From contig JAFGGP010000041.1 of the NCBI GenBank assembly GCA_016930485.1, positions 4,005 through 68,004 on the forward strand: a DNA stretch of 64,000 nucleotides, written 5' to 3'. This DNA comes from Candidatus Omnitrophota bacterium. GTDB taxonomy: Bacteria; Omnitrophota; Gorgyraeia; JAFGGP01. Below the pieces are notes generated by a model that saw nothing but the letters and a program-made list of their open reading frames with translations, had not been told where the DNA came from and did not search any database. Numbering within the stretch: the first letter of the stretch is position 1; every line of letters begins with the position of its first letter. A program made the position numbers and the translations under genes. Shown here piece after piece: positions 17,575 to 26,275 of this stretch.

Positions 17575-18396
17575 TCACAGTTTCGCTATCAGCTTCGATA
17601 CAAGCCGCGCCAGCCGAGGCTCTGCCTCACCGGCAACTCTGAGAATCTTTTCGATATCAACCGGCTCCAGTGTCTCCGGAAAACAGGTATCGGTGATACA
17701 GCTCACCGCGAAGGTCCTGAGTCCGGCGTGCACCGCGACGATCACCTCAGGAACCGTTGACATTCCTACACAGTCCGCGCCGATCATACTCAAAAACCTG
17801 TACTCTGCCCGTGTCTCAAGATTGGGCCCGCTCACCGCCACGTACACCCCCTCTTTGAGCGTCAGCCCCTCTTCCTTGGCAACCGTCTTTGCCGTCCGGA
17901 TAAGGCCCTTGTCATAGGGGCGGCACATGTCGGGAAAGCGCGGGCCGAGCGCATCGTCGTTCGGGCCGATCAGGGGATTGGCCCCCATCAGGTTGATGTG
18001 ATCGGTGATCGCGACAAGGTCCCCTGCCTCATAGCCCCTGTTCATGCCCCCTGCCGCGTTTGAGATAATCAATATCTCAACACCCAGCGCCTTCATCACC
18101 CTCACCGGGAACGTTGCCTGCGCAAGCGTGTAACCTTCATAAAAATGGAATCTGCCTTCCATCATGCAGCAGGATTTGCCGGAGATGGTGCCAAAGATCA
18201 GCTCTCCCTTGTGGCTGACAACGGTTGACTCGGGAAAATGCGGCAGCTGGTGGTACGGCAGAATATCGGCACCCACCACCTCTTCGGCCAGCTTTCCGAG
18301 TCCGGTCCCCAGGATAATGCCGATTTTCGGTTTTACCCGGGTCTTGCCGGTAATGTGCTGTACCGTTTCCTTAATTTGATCTCTAAGTGTTTTCAC
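17575..18396 (-). CDS. punA: purine nucleoside phosphorylase (PNP-I / PunA type)
   Basis: 273 aa with GIILGTGLG, GRFHFYEG and SNAAGG motifs. Confidence 0.8.
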   Translation of the reverse strand: MKTLRDQIKETVQHITGKTRVKPKIGIILGTGLGKLAEEVVGADILPYHQLPHFPESTVVSHKGELIFGTISGKSCCMMEGRFHFYEGYTLAQATFPVRVMKALGVEILIISNAAGGMNRGYEAGDLVAITDHINLMGANPLIGPNDDALGPRFPDMCRPYDKGLIRTAKTVAKEEGLTLKEGVYVAVSGPNLETRAEYRFLSMIGADCVGMSTVPEVIVAVHAGLRTFAVSCITDTCFPETLEPVDIEKILRVAGEAEPRLARLVSKLIAKL

Positions 18397-18399
18397 GGA

Positions 18400-18699
18400 T
18401 CACCTCAAGCGTAGGCTGATATCGATTAATGTGCGCACCAGAAAATATCTGAGAAAAAATATGATAAGAATGACAATAAAAGGAGACAGGTCGATACCGA
18501 TAGAATATAGCCCCAGCCTCCTGCGGATCGGATAGAGCATAGGTTCGGTCGTCTTCATAAGAAACTGCACTATCGGATTATAAGGATCCGGATTCACCCA
18601 GCTGATAAGGGCGCGGATCAGGATCAACCAGAAGCACAGGTTAAGCAGAATATCGATAATCTGTGCACACGCATTGAGAAAATTTCCTAATACAAACAT
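18400..18699 (-). CDS. yggT: YggT family membrane protein
   Basis: 99 aa, two hydrophobic segments, conserved LISWV.PDPYNP motif. Confidence 0.8.
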   Translation of the reverse strand: MFVLGNFLNACAQIIDILLNLCFWLILIRALISWVNPDPYNPIVQFLMKTTEPMLYPIRRRLGLYSIGIDLSPFIVILIIFFLRYFLVRTLIDISLRLR

Positions 18700-18720
18700 A
18701 GGTCACTCCTCGTTTCTTAA

Positions 18721-18820
18721 GCAACCTCGCCCGCTGAAAGCGGGCTCAGGGCCCTTCCGTTCGAGGTTCCTTGCGCCGGTATACGTAAGGCCGGTGCCGG
18801 TTTAATGCTGGCGATGTATA
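18721..18820. repeat. ~100-nt conserved intergenic element, copy A (proC-yggT spacer)
   Basis: The 57-nt core gcaacctcgcccgctgaaagcgggctcagggcccttccgttcgaggttccttgcgcc is ~90% identical to 27424-27480. The 3' tail ggcgatgtatat is also shared. Confidence 0.75.
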
Positions 18821-18822
18821 TT

Positions 18823-19668
18823 TTATACCTTCCTATTGCCGCAAGACAGTTTCCTGGAAAGGGTCTCTGAGCGTCTTTTGGCTGCCCGTACGCCGCTGAT
18901 GAACGACTCGGCTATCCGCCTCTGGTTAAAAACGCGCAGCGCCGCCTCGGTGGTGCCGCCTTTTGAGGCAACGCGCTTGATAAGATCTTTCATTGATGTC
19001 CTGCTCACACAGGCCATGTTGTTCACATAGGCCATGAACGAGGAACCGATGGCTGTCTCAATCGCAAGCTCTCTGGCAAGTAACCGCGGCAACCCTGACT
19101 CCCACCCCACCTTCTCAAGCGCCCCAATTATGTAAAAAAAGTAGGCCGGCCCGCTGCCTGAAACAGCGGTCACTATATCAAGATCTTTTTCTTTAACTTC
19201 GACCACCTTACCGACATTTTCAAAGATCCGCATAATGGCTTTTTTGTCTTTCTTTGTCACAGCGCTTGTCGCGCATAGGGCCGCAACCCCCTGACCGATT
19301 AAAGCAGGCATATTCGGCATTGCGCGTACTATCTTAGCGCGGGTACCGAAGAATTTTTTCAAAAAACTGATCTGTACCCCTGCACAGATTGAAACGATAA
19401 TCGCTCTGTCGTTGACTGCTTCGGCTATGTCTTCGAGAAGCGCTTGTAGGTCTTGCGGCTTAACCGCAAGAATCAACACCTGAGACTTTTTGGCAACCGT
19501 ACGTGCATCAACTATTTGTTCTTTAGGAAGCTTTTTTTTGAGTTTCGTTCGGACAGTATTGCTCTTATCCGCGACAAAGATATCGGTCTTTTTTGCCGCT
19601 CCTGTTACAATAAGGCCCCTGAGGAGCGCTGAACCCATATTGCCGCAACCGATTATGCCGTATTTCAT
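18823..19668 (-). CDS. proC: pyrroline-5-carboxylate reductase
   Basis: 281 aa with GIIGCGNMG and the C-terminal SKGGTTEAAL motif. Confidence 0.9.
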   Translation of the reverse strand: MKYGIIGCGNMGSALLRGLIVTGAAKKTDIFVADKSNTVRTKLKKKLPKEQIVDARTVAKKSQVLILAVKPQDLQALLEDIAEAVNDRAIIVSICAGVQISFLKKFFGTRAKIVRAMPNMPALIGQGVAALCATSAVTKKDKKAIMRIFENVGKVVEVKEKDLDIVTAVSGSGPAYFFYIIGALEKVGWESGLPRLLARELAIETAIGSSFMAYVNNMACVSRTSMKDLIKRVASKGGTTEAALRVFNQRRIAESFISGVRAAKRRSETLSRKLSCGNRKV

Positions 19669-19816
19669 GAGTAGATAATGTGTTGAACGTTAATGAAATA
19701 AATTATAGGTCGCAGACCGTCTGCGAATGAAATCAAGTACTCATTTTATTGCTGGTTTCGTCTATTTCCCAATACTTTTATAAACATTCGTGCTGGGTTT
19801 AATTCGGACAGCACCT

Positions 19817-19910
19817 TAGCTTTGCTTCGCTCCCTACGTTGCGCATCCATTGAGATCCTTCGACAAGCTCAGGATAAATTCGCCCCCGCAGCTTCGTTTT
19901 GCGAAGCTAA
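19817..19910. repeat. palindromic repeat of the LSLSKD / FDKLR type, single copy
   Basis: tccttcgacaagctcaggat translates as SFDKLRI on plus and FILSLSKD on minus. It is flanked by GCTTCGC (19824-30) and GCGAAGC (19901-07), with an inner hairpin AGCTTCG-ttttg-CGAAGCT. Confidence 0.5.
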
Positions 19911-19920
19911 ACGGTGGGGC

Positions 19921-20610
19921 TCATTTAAAGATCGCACTACCAACCCTCACCATGGTGGCACCCTCTTCTACCGCCACCTCAAAGTCCTGGCTCATCCCCA
20001 TGGAAAGATGCTCGATGGTGAGATCGGGTATACCCATCGTGTTGATGGTGTCCCTGAGGCGGCGAAGTCTTGAAAAGTATGGCCTGGACGCCTCGGGATC
20101 AACGTTAAAAGGGGCCATGGTCATCAGACCGGTCACGGCCACTCGTCTGTACTGTGCGATCTGCCGGATGCCGGCGATGGTCTCTTCGTCGGAGGAAAAA
20201 CCGTACTTTGACTCCTCGCGTGCTGCATTAACCTCGATAAAGACCGGGTATCGTTCCTCCGCCGGGTACTCGGCCAGAATCCGGTCGAGGCGACCGGCCA
20301 GCTCTACCGTATCAACCGAATGAATAATATCAAAGATCTCTACGGCCTTCTTTACCTTATTTGACTGCAGGTGGCCGATCATATGCCACTTGATATCACC
20401 CCGCCTCAGGGCCTCCTGCTTGCGTACTGCCTCCTGCACCCTGTTCTCGCCGATATCAGTGACGCCGCCTGATTCAATCGCCTCGATTACCTGCCCGATC
20501 GTCGCCTCTTTCGTAACACACACCAGCGTAACGTCTTCCCCCGCACGCCCTGACCTTTCGCAGGCACGTGCAAGCCTCTGTCTGATTGCGGCGATTCTCT
20601 CGGCTATCAT
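19921..20610 (-). CDS. yggS: YggS/YlmE family pyridoxal-phosphate homeostasis protein
   Basis: Start trimmed to MIAERIAAIRQRL. Lysine motif VCVTKEA and C-terminal MVRVGSAIF. Confidence 0.85.
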   Translation of the reverse strand: MIAERIAAIRQRLARACERSGRAGEDVTLVCVTKEATIGQVIEAIESGGVTDIGENRVQEAVRKQEALRRGDIKWHMIGHLQSNKVKKAVEIFDIIHSVDTVELAGRLDRILAEYPAEERYPVFIEVNAAREESKYGFSSDEETIAGIRQIAQYRRVAVTGLMTMAPFNVDPEASRPYFSRLRRLRDTINTMGIPDLTIEHLSMGMSQDFEVAVEEGATMVRVGSAIFK

Positions 20611-20896
20611 CGAGGTGGTACTGTAGCACAAAGTGGTGGAAAGTTCAATGAAAAAGGCCACATGCAACTAAGACGTGCGCGCCGCAAAAAGCGTGCGTCT
20701 CTAGTTACATACACCCCGCCCTTTTGGGTGTTGTAAGGCCTGCCCCGATAGTAGGATATATGAACAAGATAAGCCCATGGCAAAGGCGGAACAGAAACAA
20801 CAACGGACGTATAAAGCGTAAGCATTATACTGTCCAAGGGCAGGGTTAATTCCGGTAACAAATTGTGTTCATGCTATTCCACAACTTGTGTCGTCG

Positions 20897-22009
20897 TTAA
20901 AAGTATTCTTCGTAGAGGGTCTTTGCCCAGGTGATGGCCTTCTGAACAACCGTTTCCTTGGCCGGCGGAGCCCCTGCAAGAATACCGCTTAATCCCGGGA
21001 CCAAGACGAGGTTGAGCATCCCGAATGCCGTAGCGAGCGAGGGGTTTGCCAGAAGCTCCGAGTCTACGCTAAAACCCGAGGCAAGGCCGATCCGCGTGGG
21101 GACGGACAGCATGGCCTGGGCCGCATCGAAAATCCTCTCATCGAGGGCACCGCCGCCGGTAATGACCGCCTGAGAAAGTATCCCCTCAGAGTGAATGAAC
21201 TCATCGATATGCCCCTGAATCGCACGCAAGACATCTTCGATGCCGTGATAATAGGCTTGCTCGTCGGGTGCCTCATCCCTGCCGATGAGCTCGAAAACGC
21301 GCAGTCGCTTCATGGCACCCTTGTGAAAGACGCTGCATTCGCACAGACTGTCGCCGATATCGATAACGATACCCCCTTTTTGCCTGTCGTCTTCGGAAAG
21401 AACGGCGAGTCCCGAGGCGTACGCGCTGGCTATAAACGACTCCACCTCGAGCCCGCCCGCATTAATCCCGTTCAGCATATTATAGGTAAAACTCTTCTTT
21501 GCGGTAATAAAGTGTGTCCGGGACTCGAGTCTTCTCCCATACAGGCCCAGCGGATTGGTGACGCCGGATTGCCCGTCAACCGCATAATCTATCGCCAGCG
21601 TATGGATAACGGCCCGGTCGACAGGAATGTAGATAGCCGATGCCAGTTCGATCGTCTTCTTTATATCCTGTGAGGTAATCTGACGCGGTTTTTCACCGAG
21701 CGGCGTCACCCCCTGCGCCTCACAGCCGGCGACCTGATTGCCGCTGACCGAGACAAACGCCGACGTGATCTCGGCACGGGTCTTCTGTTCAAGGACTGCT
21801 ACCGTCTCGGAAACCGACTCGGCAAACGACTTGAGGTCGGTGATGTTTCCCCGGTCTATGCCGTGCGAACCCTGGATGCTGTGGGCAAGTATCTCTATGC
21901 CCCTATCCGGCCCCTTCCGGGCACAGAGGGCACATATCTTATGACTGCCCGCATCCAGGACAGTCATAAACCGTTCCTTATGGAAAAAAGACGGCGAATT
22001 AAAATTCAT
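20897..22009 (-). CDS. ftsA: FtsA-like cell division protein (degenerate ATP motifs, shortened IIB region). Start uncertain: 22009 or 21967.
   Basis: Actin-fold motifs LDAGSHK, DIGDSL and ITGGGA, with a C-terminal amphipathic helix VVQKAITWAKTLYEEYF. Position is directly after ftsQ. The track start at 22039 lies inside an intergenic repeat. Confidence 0.75.
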   Translation of the reverse strand: MNFNSPSFFHKERFMTVLDAGSHKICALCARKGPDRGIEILAHSIQGSHGIDRGNITDLKSFAESVSETVAVLEQKTRAEITSAFVSVSGNQVAGCEAQGVTPLGEKPRQITSQDIKKTIELASAIYIPVDRAVIHTLAIDYAVDGQSGVTNPLGLYGRRLESRTHFITAKKSFTYNMLNGINAGGLEVESFIASAYASGLAVLSEDDRQKGGIVIDIGDSLCECSVFHKGAMKRLRVFELIGRDEAPDEQAYYHGIEDVLRAIQGHIDEFIHSEGILSQAVITGGGALDERIFDAAQAMLSVPTRIGLASGFSVDSELLANPSLATAFGMLNLVLVPGLSGILAGAPPAKETVVQKAITWAKTLYEEYF

Positions 22010-22010
22010 T

Positions 22011-22083
22011 CTGTCAGGCCTTCGGCCTTCAGTCTTCAACCTTCAGCTGCTGAGAACTGAGCGCTGATAGCTGAAAGCTCACG
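22011..22083. repeat. inverted array of degenerate heptamers (4x CTTCRRY | 5x RCTGANN)
   Basis: cttcggc cttcagt cttcaac cttcagc t gctgaga actgagc gctgata gctgaaa gctcacg. It lies in the ftsQ-ftsA spacer. Confidence 0.7.
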
Positions 22084-22085
22084 TT

Positions 22086-22892
22086 TTATTTCGGTCCTAT
22101 AACAACATCCTCAAATCGCAGATCGATATACTTTATCTTCGAGGAATCAATAGCAAAATTTTTAAAGGTCTCCTCCAGCAGCTGCAACTTGCGGGTAAAG
22201 GGGGCGAATCCGACGCGTATCTCAATGCCGCCCTTCTGGTACAGATAGATATTCCGGCTGTCGGTAACGTCGATCTCGTAGATCTCGAACTCCTCCGGCA
22301 GATCAAGCCCGCGTATTTCTTCGATCAGGGTAAAGGCGGCCTTGATGTTGTCATCCGCGATGTTCTCCCCGACCTGGGAATCCTTGATCTTGCGCCGTTC
22401 ATCCACGATGACGGGAAGACCGGCAAGAGGCAGATTCGAGGCCCCCGGCAGAATGAGACCCTCCCGGCTGATGGGGAAATATCTGCCCGATTTTATCTGG
22501 GCAAAAAGTGCCCTTTTGGTCGCCTCGACAAAAATGGTGTGCGGAAGCCGGCGGTGCACAACGATGTTTTTGTACTCGGGAAACTGCTGGACGATGCGGC
22601 GATGGACATCCGCGAGATGAACATCAAAGATGCACTCTCCCTCCGCAATATCGCCGTGGAGCTCGATCGTTTTATCCGTATTTTTCTCCGAGATAATAAT
22701 CGACGAAACTTTAAAGTAGGGCGCCTCTCTGGCCGCAGAATACAGATAGACCCCGAAGAGTACAACGGCCATCACCGCAAAGATGCCCGACCAGGTCTGC
22801 TGCAGCAACCTCGCCACGTAAGGGCCGACAGATACCTGGCGACGCTCACGCGGCCTCCTTGCCCTTGTTTTGGTTTTCTTTGTTCTTTTCAT
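22086..22892 (-). CDS. ftsQ: cell division protein FtsQ (POTRA domain)
   Basis: 268 aa: basic N-terminus, one TM helix (IFAVMAVVLFGVYLY), then a POTRA-like region. Position between ddl and ftsA. Confidence 0.75.
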   Translation of the reverse strand: MKRTKKTKTRARRPRERRQVSVGPYVARLLQQTWSGIFAVMAVVLFGVYLYSAAREAPYFKVSSIIISEKNTDKTIELHGDIAEGECIFDVHLADVHRRIVQQFPEYKNIVVHRRLPHTIFVEATKRALFAQIKSGRYFPISREGLILPGASNLPLAGLPVIVDERRKIKDSQVGENIADDNIKAAFTLIEEIRGLDLPEEFEIYEIDVTDSRNIYLYQKGGIEIRVGFAPFTRKLQLLEETFKNFAIDSSKIKYIDLRFEDVVIGPK

Positions 22893-22909
22893 GGCATTAT
22901 CGCATCCGG

Positions 22910-23935
22910 CTATGAAAGCGGGCTTTCAAAAACGAGACGGCCCCCGGCAACAAGGCGTGTCAGGGTGTGATGGCGCCTGAGGGCGGCATGCAACATACGT
23001 CTGCACAGCTCTGGAAACGGCACACCCTGTGCCTCTGCCGCACGCGGCAGAAGGCTGCGGTCGGTAAGGCCCGGGATCGTGTTAACCTCAAGGATATACG
23101 GGACGCCTGAGAGTGAATATATTAAATCAACCCGGGAAAAACCGCAACACTGAAGTGCGCGGTGTGCCTTCAGGGCCTCTCCCTGTATAAGCCTGCCCTC
23201 CTCAGGCGTCAGGGGTGCAGGCACCCTGTACTGTGTCTGTCGATTAGAGTACTTCGCATCGTAGTCATAAAATTCTGACCCGGGAATAACCTCGATAACG
23301 GGCAGGGCCGACTCTTCAAGTATGCCCACTGTCAACTCCCTGCCGGAGATCATCTCCTCAATGACAATACGGTCACCGAATGCCAGCGCCTTCTCAATGG
23401 CCTCGGGGATACGCGTCATCTCGCGTACCATGGTAACGCCGATACTCGATCCCTGGCAGGCAGGTTTAATGACATACCCGCTGACATCGCCCCACCCCCT
23501 CAGGAGACCCGGGATATCGCCCAGGGTATATCGTTCAAGGCCGGTGGTGCTTTCGAGTTCGCAATTAAAGACGACCGCACGGGGCGTTACGATACCCTGC
23601 TCTTCAAAGAGATACTTCGAGGCGACCTTATCGATGGCGCACCTTGAGGCGGCTGCCCCCGAGCCAGTGTAGGGAATATGCATCTGGTCAAGAAGCGTCT
23701 GTGCTGTGCCGTCCTCGCCGAATGCCCCGTGCAGGGCGATAAACGCCACATCAATATGGGCCAGGGCAATCTGTTTTCTAAAACCAGCGTGGTCAGGGAC
23801 CACATCGATAGAGACACAGTCAATCCCCAGGGACGTCAAGGCATGATACGCCGCCATCCCCGACCGCAGTGAGATGGCACGCTCACTCGAAGAACCCCCC
23901 ATCAAAATACCGACACGACCGAATTCACTTCCCAT
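22910..23935 (-). CDS. ddl: D-alanine--D-alanine ligase
   Basis: 341 aa with GGSSSERAISL, ALHGAFGEDG and EVNTIPG motifs. Confidence 0.9.
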   Translation of the reverse strand: MGSEFGRVGILMGGSSSERAISLRSGMAAYHALTSLGIDCVSIDVVPDHAGFRKQIALAHIDVAFIALHGAFGEDGTAQTLLDQMHIPYTGSGAAASRCAIDKVASKYLFEEQGIVTPRAVVFNCELESTTGLERYTLGDIPGLLRGWGDVSGYVIKPACQGSSIGVTMVREMTRIPEAIEKALAFGDRIVIEEMISGRELTVGILEESALPVIEVIPGSEFYDYDAKYSNRQTQYRVPAPLTPEEGRLIQGEALKAHRALQCCGFSRVDLIYSLSGVPYILEVNTIPGLTDRSLLPRAAEAQGVPFPELCRRMLHAALRRHHTLTRLVAGGRLVFESPLS

Positions 23936-24851
23936 TCAGCAGCACCTCTTCATGAAAAGAGCCGATAAACCTGTATTCCGGCTCAAGCCAGACCCCGCGC
24001 TCTTTCCAGACCTTTTTTTGAATAAACCGCATCAGTTGAACAACATCCGATGAACGGGCCATGCCCGTGTTAATGATAAAATTGGCGTGTTTTTTTGAGA
24101 CCATCGCACCGCCGATCCGATACCCCTTTAAACCGGCCGCCTCGATTAAGAAGCCGGCCCCTTCCTGGGTGCAGGCGGGATTTTTAAACGCACAGCCTGC
24201 GTTCGGCGCGGAATAATCCTGCATCTTCTTGCGCCTCTGCAGATGGGCGTAAATGGTCGTCATAATCTCGGCGCGTTCCTTTCTCAGGAGGCGCAGTTTG
24301 CAGAAAAGGGCAATCCGGTCCTCCAGTGCACAGGTTCGATAGCCGAAACGCAGCTCCTCAGGCCCAAGTCTCACAATGCCCCTGTCCCGGTCAAGGCAGA
24401 TAACCTCACTCACCGCCTTCCCGATCGCATCCTGCGCGGTTCCGGCATTCATCGCTATTGCACCGCCCACGGTCCCGGGGATACCGGCTAGAAATTCACA
24501 GCCGCCCAGGCTTCTGATTAACGACTCCCGAAGTAATGTCTGAATGCCCACACCACAGCCGGCGCAACAGGAATCAATGTCAAAGCTGATGGTCTGAAAC
24601 TCTCCGTCCAGCGCTGCAACGACACCTTTGATGCCCTCATCGGGAAAAACAATGTTTGTCCCGGCTCCAACGATATAAAATGGTATCCCCTCCTCCCTGG
24701 CAAAAAGCACCCCCTGCCAGAGATCGCAGAGCGTCCTGGGCTCAAACCAGATATCGGCATAGCCGCCTATCTTCAGGGATGAGTGGAGCGCGAGATTTTC
24801 CCTAATCTTGGCGATCGGCCGCAATGACTTTGCAAAATGTACAGCCCACAT
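23925..24851 (-). CDS. murB: UDP-N-acetylenolpyruvoylglucosamine reductase
   Basis: 308 aa with an FAD-binding region (SLKIGG..., GAGTNIVF) and C-terminal SAGCAFKNP. Confidence 0.9.
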   Translation of the reverse strand: MWAVHFAKSLRPIAKIRENLALHSSLKIGGYADIWFEPRTLCDLWQGVLFAREEGIPFYIVGAGTNIVFPDEGIKGVVAALDGEFQTISFDIDSCCAGCGVGIQTLLRESLIRSLGGCEFLAGIPGTVGGAIAMNAGTAQDAIGKAVSEVICLDRDRGIVRLGPEELRFGYRTCALEDRIALFCKLRLLRKERAEIMTTIYAHLQRRKKMQDYSAPNAGCAFKNPACTQEGAGFLIEAAGLKGYRIGGAMVSKKHANFIINTGMARSSDVVQLMRFIQKKVWKERGVWLEPEYRFIGSFHEEVLLNGK

Positions 24852-24877
24852 CTTCTGCCTTCCCCTCTCATGCAGTG

Positions 24878-26275
24878 TTACGATACCGCCAGCCGCGCAG
24901 AAAACTTTCTGGCAATCTCACCGATGTCGCCCGCACCTAATATCAGCACCACATCGTGCGGCCTGACAACACACTCCAAAAAATCCAGTATCCTCTCCTG
25001 ACTGAAAAAATAAAGACGGTCATAACCGCCCTTCTCGAGCGCCTTGTAAAACGACCATCCTGAGACGTCCTCGAGCGGCGCCTCTGATGCCGCATAGATA
25101 TCGGTCACCGCCAGATAGTCGACACCCTGGAAGCAGCTGACAAACAGCTCCTGCAGGCACTTTGTGCGTGAATACCGGTGCGGCTGAAATACACAGATAA
25201 TCCTTCTCTGGAGCCTTTTTGCCGCCTGTATAATGGCCCGTATTGCCGTCGGATGATGGGCATAGTCCTCAACGATCATGATGTCATCCGGGGCGTACCT
25301 GACTTCAAAACGCCGTTTGGTCCCGTCGAATAAACGCAGCCCCTTCCTGACCGCGGCGAAGCCGACACCGGCCTGCATGGTTGCCGCCGTGGCAGCAAGG
25401 GCGTTCTCCACGTTGTGAATGCCCGGCACCGCGAGTTCGATAGTGCCCAATTCGGTACCGTGGGCAACGCAGTCAAAGCGCGAGCCGAACTCCATCAGGG
25501 TGAGATTGCGCGGATAAAAATCCGCCTCGCTCGAGAGACCGAATGACACAGAGGGGCCGTCCAGCCCTTGAAGCAGGCGGCCGGTGTATTCGTTAAGGCT
25601 GTTGACGATCAATGCACCCTCCGGACGGCGGTTCTGGGCAAAGCGGCGGTAGGCCGCTATGATCTCGTTTATATCATGATAGTAATCCATGTGCTCCAAG
25701 TCGATATTGGTAATGACCGGGTATGTCGGACTGAGTTCCAGAAAGGAACCGTCGCTCTCATCGGTCTCGGTAATCAGGAGAGATCCGGAGCCGCTGTGGG
25801 CATTGGCATCCTGCAAAAACGAGGTGACCCCTCCGACCAGGACCGTCGGATCCAATCCGGCGTGCATGCAGATACTGGCGGTCATACCCGTTGTCGTGGT
25901 CTTCCCGTGCGCGCCGGAGATGGCGATAGAGGCGCATGGCCTGGCTATTTCGGCAAGCATCGTGCCCCTGGCAACCAGGGGGATGCCCCGCCTGCGCGCA
26001 GCCATGATCTCGGGGTTTTGTCTGGGGATGCATGACGAATAGACAATAAGATCGGCCCCGGAAATATTCGATCGGGCATGGCCGGTAAAAATCGTGATGC
26101 CCAGGGCTGCCATACGGTCTGTAAGGCTGTTTGCCTTAAGATCAGAACCTGAGACCGCATAGCCCCGCCGGAACAAAATCTGCGCAATCGCGCTCATTCC
26201 TACCCCGCCGATACCGACAAAGTGGATATGCCGTTTACGCTCCAACATCCCTTTCTTTCTGTTGAATATGTTCAT
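24878..26275 (-). CDS. murC: UDP-N-acetylmuramate--L-alanine ligase
   Basis: 465 aa with FVGIGGVGMS and GAHGKTTTT motifs. Confidence 0.9.
   Translation of the reverse strand: MNIFNRKKGMLERKRHIHFVGIGGVGMSAIAQILFRRGYAVSGSDLKANSLTDRMAALGITIFTGHARSNISGADLIVYSSCIPRQNPEIMAARRRGIPLVARGTMLAEIARPCASIAISGAHGKTTTTGMTASICMHAGLDPTVLVGGVTSFLQDANAHSGSGSLLITETDESDGSFLELSPTYPVITNIDLEHMDYYHDINEIIAAYRRFAQNRRPEGALIVNSLNEYTGRLLQGLDGPSVSFGLSSEADFYPRNLTLMEFGSRFDCVAHGTELGTIELAVPGIHNVENALAATAATMQAGVGFAAVRKGLRLFDGTKRRFEVRYAPDDIMIVEDYAHHPTAIRAIIQAAKRLQRRIICVFQPHRYSRTKCLQELFVSCFQGVDYLAVTDIYAASEAPLEDVSGWSFYKALEKGGYDRLYFFSQERILDFLECVVRPHDVVLILGAGDIGEIARKFSARLAVS

Noticed and set aside
19822-20323. Plus-strand ORFs 19822-20073 and 19850-20323 (LRQAQDKF..., SFDKLRINS...).
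   Set aside because: They start inside the palindromic intergenic repeat and continue antisense to yggS. The peptide strings are hallmark repeat translations, not a protein family.
20630-20640. A single AAAGTGGTGGA on the plus strand near the yggS start, resembling the MraZ box.
   Set aside because: It is a single copy on the opposite strand without 10-bp phased partners, which is compatible with chance.
20607-20861. 84-aa minus-strand ORF in the ftsA-yggS gap as a possible ftsZ remnant or small division protein.
   Set aside because: It has no tubulin signature or other motif, overlaps the yggS start region, and has poor coding appearance. It is treated as non-coding promoter/leader DNA.
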